Shown: positions 47,915-56,038 of the stretch, piece by piece
How positions within the stretch are numbered: the stretch's first letter is position 1
Layout of the letters: each line of letters begins with the position of its first letter
Source: Cyclobacteriaceae bacterium
GTDB lineage: Bacteria; Bacteroidota; Bacteroidia; Cytophagales; Cyclobacteriaceae
Length of the DNA stretch: 56,038 nucleotides
Direction of reading: 5' to 3'
Assembly (NCBI GenBank): GCA_044228905.1
Contig: JBGATZ010000001.1
Coordinates: 1 to 56,038 of the forward strand
Translations under genes and position numbers: made by a program
The notes under the pieces: model-generated
Seen by the model: only the letters and a program-made list of their open reading frames with translations
Database searches by the model: none
Told to the model about the DNA's origin: nothing

Positions 47915-48516
47915 TCATTCTTCCTCTATTTCTCTTACCACTTGCTGTAACTTATCAAGCGGCTGTCTAAATTTTCTTTTATTTTCATCCAGAGTGACAA
48001 CGATAAAAACAATGAGCGTGAAGCATAAAGTGATCGATACGCCCGCAGGATGCAATGACCATCCACCTGGCACCCATAGTTTGAAAACCACATAGGTGAT
48101 CAGGAACGAACTCAACGGAACTCCGATCCAATCAAAAATTCTCTTGAATCGAAAAAACTCTGTCATTCTATTGAATTGATTTCTCAGTTTCAATTTTACA
48201 CTTTCACCCGAACTTGCTCTGACAGCCCAGCTTGTAAATTTCCTGATCAGGAAAAATGTAAAGGGGACGTGAACTACTATTCCCACAACACACAACAATA
48301 CGGATGTCCAGTCTCCCCAAAATAGAATGATTAGCCTGGTCAGCGCCACATAAATAAAAAACTGCCATGCATAAGAAGTCCAGAAGTATTCAAAGAAAAT
48401 TCGTTTCTCCTTTCGGGTTTTTTCCGAGATCAATTGTTTCAGATCATTGTATTGCAGCGCAGATTCAGACCCTTTTGGTTTTGCCAGCTAAACTTGTATT
48501 CATCTAATGATTTCAT
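47915..48516 (-). pseudogene. 4-TM membrane protein downstream of the ECF sigma (putative anti-sigma), one-base deletion near 48475
   Basis: ATG 48516 (1 bp after the sigma stop) reads MKSLDEYKFSWQNQK. The span is 602 bp, and one extra base in the A/G run would join it to ORF 47915..48433. Confidence 0.65.
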
Positions 48517-48517
48517 T

Positions 48518-49024
48518 TTAATTATCTTTTAGTTTCTCTTCCAGTTTCTTTTTAATTCGTACCAATCGCACACTCACATTCGTTTTTGTAAGCCCCGTCA
48601 CCGTGGCGATTTCCTCATAACTATTATCTTCCAGGTACAACAGTATAATTGCCTTATCTACCAAGGATAATGTATTGATTGCCGAATACAATTGTTGCAT
48701 CTGCTCTTCCGTATCAGCTTGTTGATAAGGGGTGATCTCCGAAAGATGATCATTCAGTGGCTCACGTTGAATTGCTTTCTTTTCCTTTCTGAATTGCCCG
48801 ATGGCTGTATTCAACGCTACGCGATACATCCAGGTGGAGAATTTAGATTCTCCATTAAAAGACGGATATGATTTCCAAAGCTGATAGATGATCTCCTGAA
48901 AAACATCTTCCCGGTCGTCCGGATGATCAAAGTAAATCCGGCACACACGGTGAATGATCCCCCTGTGTTGATTCAATTCTTTGATAAAATGTGTTTCCTG
49001 TTCCAGATTCATCTTCACATTCAT
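48518..49024 (-). CDS. ECF RNA polymerase sigma-70 factor
   Basis: DREDVFQEI, SKFSTWMYRVALNT and LYLEDNSYEEIA..TGLT.TNVSVRLVR motifs. The start may be ATG 49012. Confidence 0.92.
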   Translation of the reverse strand: MNVKMNLEQETHFIKELNQHRGIIHRVCRIYFDHPDDREDVFQEIIYQLWKSYPSFNGESKFSTWMYRVALNTAIGQFRKEKKAIQREPLNDHLSEITPYQQADTEEQMQQLYSAINTLSLVDKAIILLYLEDNSYEEIATVTGLTKTNVSVRLVRIKKKLEEKLKDN

Positions 49025-49094
49025 TATTTATCAGTTAGTGAATGAATGCAGAAGAAAACTACATCATTAAAAGAAATTTTTACAGAAAATGGCG

Positions 49095-49544
49095 TTAATC
49101 GGTTTGAATACGGGTGTTCTGATCGTGGATTAATTTCCACCCCTCTGCTTCCAGTTTAAAAACAAGCATAAGATAGGTTTCTCTTGGATTAATCAGAGAT
49201 CCAACCGAATCAATATCATGATACTTATATCGAATGAGTGAATAACTGATTGAATCTGATTTAACCGATTTAACAATACCAGGCTGCATCAACCAGTTTT
49301 GATCGGCAAACCATTCCTTATGAAAATTTCCAAAAGCAGACTTTGATTTCAGGATCTGACCATTCGGAAAAATCAGTTCCACACTATCATGAACGGTGTA
49401 GAGAATAGTGGTCAGGTCACGATCTTTTATTGCTTTGAGATGAATCTGCAAAGTGGAATCATAATCAGGATAATTTCCCGGATGTCTGCTCTCGCATGAG
49501 AGGATGAAAATTACACCTAAAGCGATGACGCACAATCTTACCAT
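49095..49544 (-). CDS. NTF2/SnoaL-like lipoprotein
   Basis: Lipobox ILSC; HLKAIKDRDL and LVFKLEAEGWKLIHDQNT C-terminus. Confidence 0.75.
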   Translation of the reverse strand: MVRLCVIALGVIFILSCESRHPGNYPDYDSTLQIHLKAIKDRDLTTILYTVHDSVELIFPNGQILKSKSAFGNFHKEWFADQNWLMQPGIVKSVKSDSISYSLIRYKYHDIDSVGSLINPRETYLMLVFKLEAEGWKLIHDQNTRIQTD

Positions 49545-49545
49545 C

Positions 49546-50421
49546 CTATTGTTTGATCACTTTAAATAGCTGTTCCGCGTCTATCCACCTGACTACATTG
49601 CCAGCCGAGAGGAAGAAATACTTTTTATCGCGAGTGAGGTAAGAACAGAATTCATATCCGGGTCCGTTAAATTTTGGTCCAAGATTTTTGGCTTTACTCC
49701 AGTTACCATTTTTATCTCGTAAGGAATAATATAAATCACCCTTTCCGTAACCTCCTTCTCGATTTGCAGATGTATAGATTAACAGATCCTCGTCAGGGCT
49801 TACATACGCATCATGCTCGAAATGTTCATCATTAACAGAATCACCTAAATTGATTGGTGTGGTGAATTCGTTGTTCACAAATTTGCTGACATAAATATCA
49901 AATGAGCCTTTTCCTCCTTCACGATTAGAGGCAAAGTATAGATTGCCATTGTCTGCAAATGAAACATAATATTCCGAGCTATCTGAATTAACGATCTCCA
50001 GGTTATGTGGTGCTGACCAGTTCTCTCCTTCTCGCTCTACGTACCAGATATCAAAATCTGCAGTACTATCGGCCTGATCTCTTTTCCTGGTGGAGATGTA
50101 GTATAATTTTTTACCATCGGGAGAAAATGCAGCATCACACTCCTGATATTCCCTCTCTGAAAAAGAGGTCATCACAGGAGTAGTCCATTGTTTTCCATCA
50201 TACTTTGATTCATAAATGTCGTGCGGATCATACCGGGAAAAATAAAATGAATTTCCATCCGGACTAAACAAGGCATTAAATTCCAATGAATCAGTGTCTA
50301 TCACATCGGGCATAAAAGGAATAAACTGATCAGTAGGAAGTGGTGCCGGATAAGGGATTTCACTCTTTTTATCACAAGAGAAAAAAAGCGCAACGATCGC
50401 TAAGCCGGTTAATCGAATCAT
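49546..50421 (-). CDS. PD40/TolB-like beta-propeller lipoprotein
   Basis: Lipobox FFSC after ATG 50421; repeated FSPDG..YF/S.R..G.G..DIY..W..P.NLG units. Confidence 0.8.
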   Translation of the reverse strand: MIRLTGLAIVALFFSCDKKSEIPYPAPLPTDQFIPFMPDVIDTDSLEFNALFSPDGNSFYFSRYDPHDIYESKYDGKQWTTPVMTSFSEREYQECDAAFSPDGKKLYYISTRKRDQADSTADFDIWYVEREGENWSAPHNLEIVNSDSSEYYVSFADNGNLYFASNREGGKGSFDIYVSKFVNNEFTTPINLGDSVNDEHFEHDAYVSPDEDLLIYTSANREGGYGKGDLYYSLRDKNGNWSKAKNLGPKFNGPGYEFCSYLTRDKKYFFLSAGNVVRWIDAEQLFKVIKQ

Positions 50422-50538
50422 AGTTATTATTTCTGAAGCGGAAGATAGTAACAATTCAATTGGTGTAATTCTGCTTAGGAAATATTAACAAGTTGAGGTT
50501 AACAATTACCTCATTTGACGGGATATTAATGCAGCAGC

Positions 50539-50862
50539 TTACCGGTCGAGAATCTTTCTCGCCTCCAACACCAGCTGTACCTCATTGAAAAGCTGAGCCA
50601 GCTCCTGGAGTTCATCTTTATTGAAAGTTAAAAAAAGATTCTCGACCGGACTGCGATAGACTCTTGATTTTCCGTTAGGCAAGTCAAACAGAAAAGCGGG
50701 ATTATCCTGATTACCAATGAGCCATTCAGAGAAATGAAATAAATGCTCTTCAGTGAATGTGATCAACAAATTCTTATATGCGAAATTAAACTCCTGACAG
50801 CACGAGCATTGTCCGATGTAGCCAAATCTGTTTTCCGAAAGAATTTGAAAATCGCAGTTCAC
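50539..50862 (-). CDS. small Cys-containing hypothetical protein (DUF6686-like)
   Basis: GQCSCC motif and N.....F...EL.EL C-terminus; last gene of the iron-uptake string. Confidence 0.65.
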   Translation of the reverse strand: MNCDFQILSENRFGYIGQCSCCQEFNFAYKNLLITFTEEHLFHFSEWLIGNQDNPAFLFDLPNGKSRVYRSPVENLFLTFNKDELQELAQLFNEVQLVLEARKILDR

Positions 50863-50864
50863 AT

Positions 50865-51173
50865 CTATTTGTTATGAGCTAGTTCGTCTTGTCTTTTGCG
50901 CAAAGATTTATCCAATACAAAAGTTCCTAAAGGAATTAATGAAGCAGCCAATGCCACAATCACTCCAAAGAATCCCCATTGCATAGCCCGAATGGCCAGA
51001 AACACGGCCGCGATATAAAGAATAAATAAAAGTCCATGAGCCCATCCCACAACTTTGACTGCCATCGGAAAGTCTAAAAAATATTTCAATGGCATTGCAA
51101 TAAGGAGTAACACTAAAAATGAAACTCCTTCCGCCAGGCCGATGAATCGTAAATTTCTTATTGATGTATTCAT
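50865..51173 (-). CDS. DUF3817 membrane protein
   Basis: R.IG.AEG.SFLVLL.IAMPLKY, G.AHGLLF..Y and AS.IP.GTF motifs. Confidence 0.85.
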   Translation of the reverse strand: MNTSIRNLRFIGLAEGVSFLVLLLIAMPLKYFLDFPMAVKVVGWAHGLLFILYIAAVFLAIRAMQWGFFGVIVALAASLIPLGTFVLDKSLRKRQDELAHNK

Positions 51174-51180
51174 TTCCCTA

Positions 51181-51654
51181 TTACTCTACAACCAGAATAC
51201 CGTTAGCTGTAAACCTGATTTCCTTTTTCGGTTCAGTGATCGCAGCAATTTCCTCTTTTGATTTCTTGGCATCTTCAGCATAATGCTTCAATTCATCCAC
51301 AGAAGTCACGATGGCTTTTGCTTCTCCATCAATCACTACCGTTTTACCCTTGATTGCCGTAGGCACAAAGAATCCGTAATCCTTCATCTTAACGAATACC
51401 TTGCTCTGATCGGGCATCTCCAATTGCATCCAGCATCCTTTCTTGGGGCATACATCAATCACCTTAGCAGTAACTTTCACGTTAGCGCTTTCTTTGCTTT
51501 CAAGAATAGAGGGAACCCGTGCAACGGGTACGGCACCATCCGCAGTAATTGCTGAACCAAAAGTTGCACCTTTGTCAGCTGGTACTTGTGGTGGTTGTGC
51601 GTACGCGGTCAAACCAACAGCCGCCAGCAGGAGAATTAAAAGAGTATTTTTCAT
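51181..51654 (-). CDS. DUF4920 secreted protein
   Basis: Signal peptide; VCPKKGCWM, KMKDYGFFVP and ELKHYAEDA motifs. Confidence 0.85.
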   Translation of the reverse strand: MKNTLLILLLAAVGLTAYAQPPQVPADKGATFGSAITADGAVPVARVPSILESKESANVKVTAKVIDVCPKKGCWMQLEMPDQSKVFVKMKDYGFFVPTAIKGKTVVIDGEAKAIVTSVDELKHYAEDAKKSKEEIAAITEPKKEIRFTANGILVVE

Positions 51655-51696
51655 ATCGTTCTTGTTTTTTGAAACACGAAGGTATTCATTTTAAAA

Positions 51697-52881
51697 CTAT
51701 CTCATCATCGCCTTCGCGCGTTTGAGGGGTCTTCTGTTTACTGTCGTTAATGACGATCGCTCCTGTGTTGTCGGTTCTTTTTGTTTGTTCCTTCTTCCCC
51801 ACCAGATATAAAAACCAGTAACCGGCAGCGAGGCGCATATCAGGCTGGCTAAAAAGGCAAGAATTTTTCCGGGCAACCCAAGCACTGCGCCTACATGCAT
51901 ATCGTAATTCATTCGTGCAATCTTATCTGCCACTGAAGCATTTTTCAATTCACCAAACATATGTGTAACCGGAATCTCGGCTAGCGTATGCTGATCGAAG
52001 TAACGGTAGTCTGCTTTCCAGTAGGTTTGATCATCCGGATTAGCAGCTACTTCTATTGCATCCGCGTTGTTTACAGGAACGTGTACTTCAAGCACTTCAG
52101 CAGACGGATATTCTTTGGACATGCGCTGCCACAGAATATCGATGGCCGGAGCATCCTGTTGATTTTGTGATAAGGTATCGGAAACAGGCATATAAAATTC
52201 AACTGCTTGTTTTCCCCCGGATGTCACCCAGTAAACAGATTTGGCAAACCATTGAAAGCCAAATACCAAGCCGGTGAACGCCAGGAAGATGGCAATCCAG
52301 GTCATATAAAAGCCAAACACATTGTGCATATCGTAATTGACTCTGCGCCACTTCGCATTCCACTTCACACTGAATCGTTGCTTTGCAGCTGATTTGTTTT
52401 TAGGCCACCATAAAATAATTCCGGTGATCATCATCACCACAAAAATTAAAGTAGCTGTTGCTACGATCGGCTGACCAATATCTGGCGGAAGCCATAAATA
52501 GAAATGACCATCGATGAGAATCCGGAAAAAATCTTCGGCCATATTTTTCACTTTCAATACTTCGCCAGTATATGGATTCAGATAAATCAGATAGTAATAC
52601 TCTTCGCTGTAAAAGCTTGCTACGATTGCTTTGTCGGGGGCACCATAAGCAATGCCATGAACAGGTTTACCTGGCAAAATGGGGTCAATTATTTTTTTAA
52701 TTTCTGAGGGCGGAAGAAAAGGGTTGTCTTGAACCTCCACGAACTGATAAGGCATGGTGATCAGCTCGATTTCTCTTTCAAAAGCGAGCATGCACCCTGT
52801 CACCGCTAAAAATAACACCACTAGCCCGGAAGTGAAACCGAGCCAGAGGTGAACTTGTCCTATGAGTTTTTTAATTGTCAA
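51697..52881 (-). CDS. PepSY-associated TM helix protein (iron-regulated membrane reductase-like)
   Basis: HLWLG, GH..LWLP, TG..LWWP, YDMHNV.G, YDMH.G and TGFYIWW motifs. Confidence 0.9.
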   Translation of the reverse strand: MTIKKLIGQVHLWLGFTSGLVVLFLAVTGCMLAFEREIELITMPYQFVEVQDNPFLPPSEIKKIIDPILPGKPVHGIAYGAPDKAIVASFYSEEYYYLIYLNPYTGEVLKVKNMAEDFFRILIDGHFYLWLPPDIGQPIVATATLIFVVMMITGIILWWPKNKSAAKQRFSVKWNAKWRRVNYDMHNVFGFYMTWIAIFLAFTGLVFGFQWFAKSVYWVTSGGKQAVEFYMPVSDTLSQNQQDAPAIDILWQRMSKEYPSAEVLEVHVPVNNADAIEVAANPDDQTYWKADYRYFDQHTLAEIPVTHMFGELKNASVADKIARMNYDMHVGAVLGLPGKILAFLASLICASLPVTGFYIWWGRRNKQKEPTTQERSSLTTVNRRPLKRAKAMMR

Positions 52882-52892
52882 TGCGTACTAGG

Positions 52893-55277
52893 TCAAAATT
52901 TATAAGAAATACTCATGCGGTAGTTGCGTGGTGCTTCAACTTGTGTGTAGTAAAAGCTTTGCCATGCATAGTACGAACCGGAGAAAATGTATTTGTTAGT
53001 TATATTAAAGACATTCGCAGTGACCCGTATTTTATCGTTCTCCCAGAAGAGGCCGCCATCCAATTTAGCATAATCAGGCAATTGCTGATTGGGATCGGGT
53101 GAGGCATCCCAATAGGTCAATCTGTCCATGAGCCACGTGTAGCCGAGTGAAATACCGGTGCCTTTTAATACACCGCTCTGTAATTTATAACTCAACCAGG
53201 CATTGGATGTGTGCTTTGCGTACCCCGGAACGATATCACCTTTTTCAATTGCATCTCCATCGTAAGTGTCTTTAGTAACTTTTACATCGGTGTATGCATA
53301 ATTCGCTATAAGATTAAGTCCATCAACAATCGTTCCCCTGATATCTATTTCTAAACCTTGAGCCCTTTTCTGTCCAATCTCAACTCGTACTTGTGAGGCT
53401 GGCGGTGAATTCGGGTCAGCAATGGCTTCGTTGTTCTTGAGTATGCGATAAATTGCAACTGTTGAACTCCATTTTCCATCAATCCAGTCACGTTTTATTC
53501 CTAACTCAATATTATTTCCTGTTAATGGTTTGGCTGCGCCACCTGTGTTGAGTATTCCGGATTGCGGAGTAAATGCCTGATCATACAATGCGTAAGCCGA
53601 TGTTTGTTTATCCAACGAAGCACTCACCCCCACACGAGGAGTGAAATGATAATCCTTATCCGGGGTACCACCCCACGCTCCTTGCGTAACATACGTATAG
53701 CGTCCGGCAAGTGTCAATCGTAATTTGTTTTCCATGAAGCCAAGTTCATCCTGAATGTAACCAGCTGCATAACGCTGATCCATCAATCCACCTGCATTCT
53801 TCGCTCTTTCCTCCAGGCTTGTCACACGATCAAATTGAGGATACAAATTTGCCGGAATAGTATAATTAGGGTTTTTAGGATCGAACGGGTTATCTTCTGT
53901 ATCAATATCAAAGTATTGACCCCAGTCTGCAAAATATTCTTTGTTGCCAAAATCAAAACCGCCAAGAATACGATGACTAACAGAACCTGTTTTTGCATTT
54001 CCGTTTACAAACGCCTGCGCAAGTGTCATACTGCTCTTTGCGTCCCAAATGCTCACGTTCCGGATCATGGTCCCATCAGCATTTACAACTGTTGGCCACA
54101 TGGACGAACCGATCTGCTTATAGTTATTATACGTTGCTTGTGCCGTTACTTTCCAGTCCTTTGAAAATTCATGCTGAATATTAACGAATGCCGTGTTATC
54201 ATTCATTGTGGTAGGTTCCAATCCTTTTGGTAAGGTTGTAAAATCGGCAGGAAGTTTTCCAAAACCTTCAGCTTCCGGGTAGTAGATATAGTATGAACCT
54301 ACGTTGGACATTTTAGCACGCTGATAGGTGTATTCTAATGTTACTTTAGTTTTATCTGTGATCTGGTAGGACAATACGGGCGCTACACTGTAGCGATCAT
54401 TGAATTCGTTTTTACGAAATGAATTTTTCTGTTGTGCAGCAACATTAATACGATAAAGTAACTTCCCGTTTTTTGTCAGTTTACCATCTGCATCCAATGA
54501 ACCACGATACAGACCAAAGCTTCCGGCAGTCAATGAAACCTCTCTTCTATTTTGTCCGGTAGGTTTCTTGGTCACCACATTGTATAAACCGCTTGGATCT
54601 CCGTTTGCAAGCATAAATCCTGCAGGCCCTTTTACAAATTCAATATGATCCACAAAGCTCATATCTTCCGTCAGCGGCCCCCAATATGAATTCACCAGAT
54701 TAAACCCATTTCTGAATGCCTGAATCTGAGAACCACGCATGGAAATATTGGTGTACATATCACCCCAGTGTTCCATCCGGACAGCGCCACTGACATTTCT
54801 GATTACTCCATCACTCATAGAGATAACTTGTTGATCTGTCAATGTTTTGCCTGTGATGATCTGAATATTTTGCGGCACCTCCAATACTGGAGTATTCAAT
54901 CGCAGCGAAGAAGACACTACGTCTTCCTTATAGGAGCGCGTTCCGCTCACAACAATTTCATCCAGGTTCTGGCTGCTTTCGTCCAGCGTGATCAAAGGCA
55001 CCACGGTAGTTTGCCCTGCTATCACGTCTACGGTAATTTCCTTTGGTTCATGACCCACAAATGAAATACTGATCACTTTAGCACCAGCCTCTACATTTTT
55101 GATTTCATAATTACCATTACCATCAGTTGTCGATCCTTTGCTTGTTCCTTTCAGTGCCACATTCACATAAGCGGCAGGTTGTTGATCCGATGTTTGAACA
55201 GAGCCTTTGATCCGGCCGGATTGTGCAATTGCGCCTGCACTGACGATCACAAATAAAAACAGTAGAAACTTTTTCAT
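52893..55277 (-). CDS. TonB-dependent siderophore receptor
   Basis: Signal peptide, carboxypeptidase-regulatory-like domain, EVPQNIQII plug and IEFVKGPAGF motif; C-terminal PRNYRMSISYKF. Confidence 0.92.
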   Translation of the reverse strand: MKKFLLFLFVIVSAGAIAQSGRIKGSVQTSDQQPAAYVNVALKGTSKGSTTDGNGNYEIKNVEAGAKVISISFVGHEPKEITVDVIAGQTTVVPLITLDESSQNLDEIVVSGTRSYKEDVVSSSLRLNTPVLEVPQNIQIITGKTLTDQQVISMSDGVIRNVSGAVRMEHWGDMYTNISMRGSQIQAFRNGFNLVNSYWGPLTEDMSFVDHIEFVKGPAGFMLANGDPSGLYNVVTKKPTGQNRREVSLTAGSFGLYRGSLDADGKLTKNGKLLYRINVAAQQKNSFRKNEFNDRYSVAPVLSYQITDKTKVTLEYTYQRAKMSNVGSYYIYYPEAEGFGKLPADFTTLPKGLEPTTMNDNTAFVNIQHEFSKDWKVTAQATYNNYKQIGSSMWPTVVNADGTMIRNVSIWDAKSSMTLAQAFVNGNAKTGSVSHRILGGFDFGNKEYFADWGQYFDIDTEDNPFDPKNPNYTIPANLYPQFDRVTSLEERAKNAGGLMDQRYAAGYIQDELGFMENKLRLTLAGRYTYVTQGAWGGTPDKDYHFTPRVGVSASLDKQTSAYALYDQAFTPQSGILNTGGAAKPLTGNNIELGIKRDWIDGKWSSTVAIYRILKNNEAIADPNSPPASQVRVEIGQKRAQGLEIDIRGTIVDGLNLIANYAYTDVKVTKDTYDGDAIEKGDIVPGYAKHTSNAWLSYKLQSGVLKGTGISLGYTWLMDRLTYWDASPDPNQQLPDYAKLDGGLFWENDKIRVTANVFNITNKYIFSGSYYAWQSFYYTQVEAPRNYRMSISYKF

Positions 55278-55555
55278 ATAAAAATTAAACAGTGAGAGAT
55301 AAATTCCTTTCGAAGCTTTTCATCCTGTAACCCCTGTATCAATCAATGAGGGTATTTGATTATACATAGGGTTACAAAGACTACTTACTCAACCTAAACA
55401 TGGCCATCATTGCAGATTAATGACAACCAAATGATAAGCTTCCCTGACTTCACTAAACATCATGATTCAGTGTTCGATTAAAACGCTGGTGAAGCGTGCA
55501 CTCCGTCTGAATGCAACCGGGAAAAGCTATTTATTGTCTTCAAATCAGTCGTTTA

Positions 55556-55583
55556 TTATTTAGACTAATTCTAAACAAAAATA
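55556..55583 (-). promoter_or_regulatory. Fur-box-like palindrome overlapping a -7 promoter element
   Basis: TTATTTAGA-ctaat-TCTAAACAA (8/9 inverted repeat, 55556-55578) overlapped by minus-strand TATTTTTG (55576-55583), upstream of the iron-uptake genes. Confidence 0.65.
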
Positions 55584-55659
55584 AAACGACAATTACCCCT
55601 TCGCTAATTTTACGCTTGCTATTAATATCGGTGTCTGTATTAAAAATGCTCGTAAAAGA

Positions 55660-55690
55660 AAAAGCCCTGACGGTTTCGCCAAGGCTTTTT
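55660..55690 (-). terminator. terminator after hmuY
   Basis: AAAAAGCC..GGCTTTTT imperfect hairpin with T tract on the minus strand. Confidence 0.6.
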
Positions 55691-55710
55691 CTAAACTATA
55701 CACAGATTTA

Positions 55711-56038
55711 TTAAACCCCTTTTTTCACAAGGTCAAATTGTAATTGTGGTTTACCACGTTCACCGTTTGTTACCAGTGCAGTGAATTTCAATTTATAGTA
55801 GTTACCATCTGCATCCTTTATTACGTAAAAACGATCACTACGAATGCTTGGTGCTGAACCAGGACCACCGCCAGCTCTCCACTTATCACCAATGTTGATC
55901 TGGCTTGTTCCAAATACTAATCCTGAAAGATTTGCTTCACCGAATGCTTCATAAGCAACAGCACTTGTTAATACTTGAGTAGTCTCTACTCCTGCAGTGT
56001 TTTGTAAAATAATGTCCTGGAAGTAATAAGGGACCATG
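55711..56038 (-). CDS. hmuY: HmuY-family heme-binding protein (C-terminal part; truncated by the window edge)
   Basis: IGDKWR...DRFYVIKDADGNYYKLKF....GERGKP C-terminal signature; iron-uptake context. Confidence 0.75.
   Translation of the reverse strand, partial: MVPYYFQDIILQNTAGVETTQVLTSAVAYEAFGEANLSGLVFGTSQINIGDKWRAGGGPGSAPSIRSDRFYVIKDADGNYYKLKFTALVTNGERGKPQLQFDLVKKGV

Noticed and set aside
55278-55560. Cobalamin riboswitch upstream of the TonB receptor
   Set aside because: Apart from a GGGAA, I could not find the B12-box and conserved core elements, and the iron-uptake context fits better. Kept as an unknown structured RNA.
55511-55714. 67-aa plus-strand ORF upstream of the receptor
   Set aside because: It overlaps the Fur-like box, promoter and terminator, has a TTG-type weak start and is best explained as regulatory DNA.

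Overview
A gene-dense chromosomal window from a Bacteroidota bacterium, probably Cytophagales. The evidence for this is TAnnTTTG promoters, TonB/HmuY/PepSY genes, lipoprotein and Tat signals, and Bacteroidota-type REP repeats. It holds about 50 genes: housekeeping and secreted enzymes, a LytS/LytTR two-component pair divergent from a TonB-type receptor, tRNA-Ala(GGC), a DEAD-box helicase, a near-complete heme biosynthesis cluster (hemG/hemY, hemH, hemA, hemC, hemE, hemF, hemB, hemL; no hemD), an ECF sigma factor, and a probably Fur-controlled iron-uptake operon preceded by hmuY. The strongest novel candidate is a stacked sulfur-sensing leader on the minus strand at about 18.1-18.4 kb: a palindromic operator, a SAM-I-family riboswitch and an unannotated 30-aa ORF ending Cys-Cys-Cys-stop, upstream of yceI, an ATP-grasp enzyme and a small coiled-coil protein. 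Other candidates are two output-less membrane sensors flanking hemL, a highly structured ~290-nt leader behind a Fur-like box, and nested REP/MITE-like repeats. Six genes are split by small indels or deletions and a seventh probably has a shifted C-terminus, which most likely reflects sequencing or assembly error. No CRISPR array, integrase or transposase was seen. All assignments come from reading the sequence; no searches were run.
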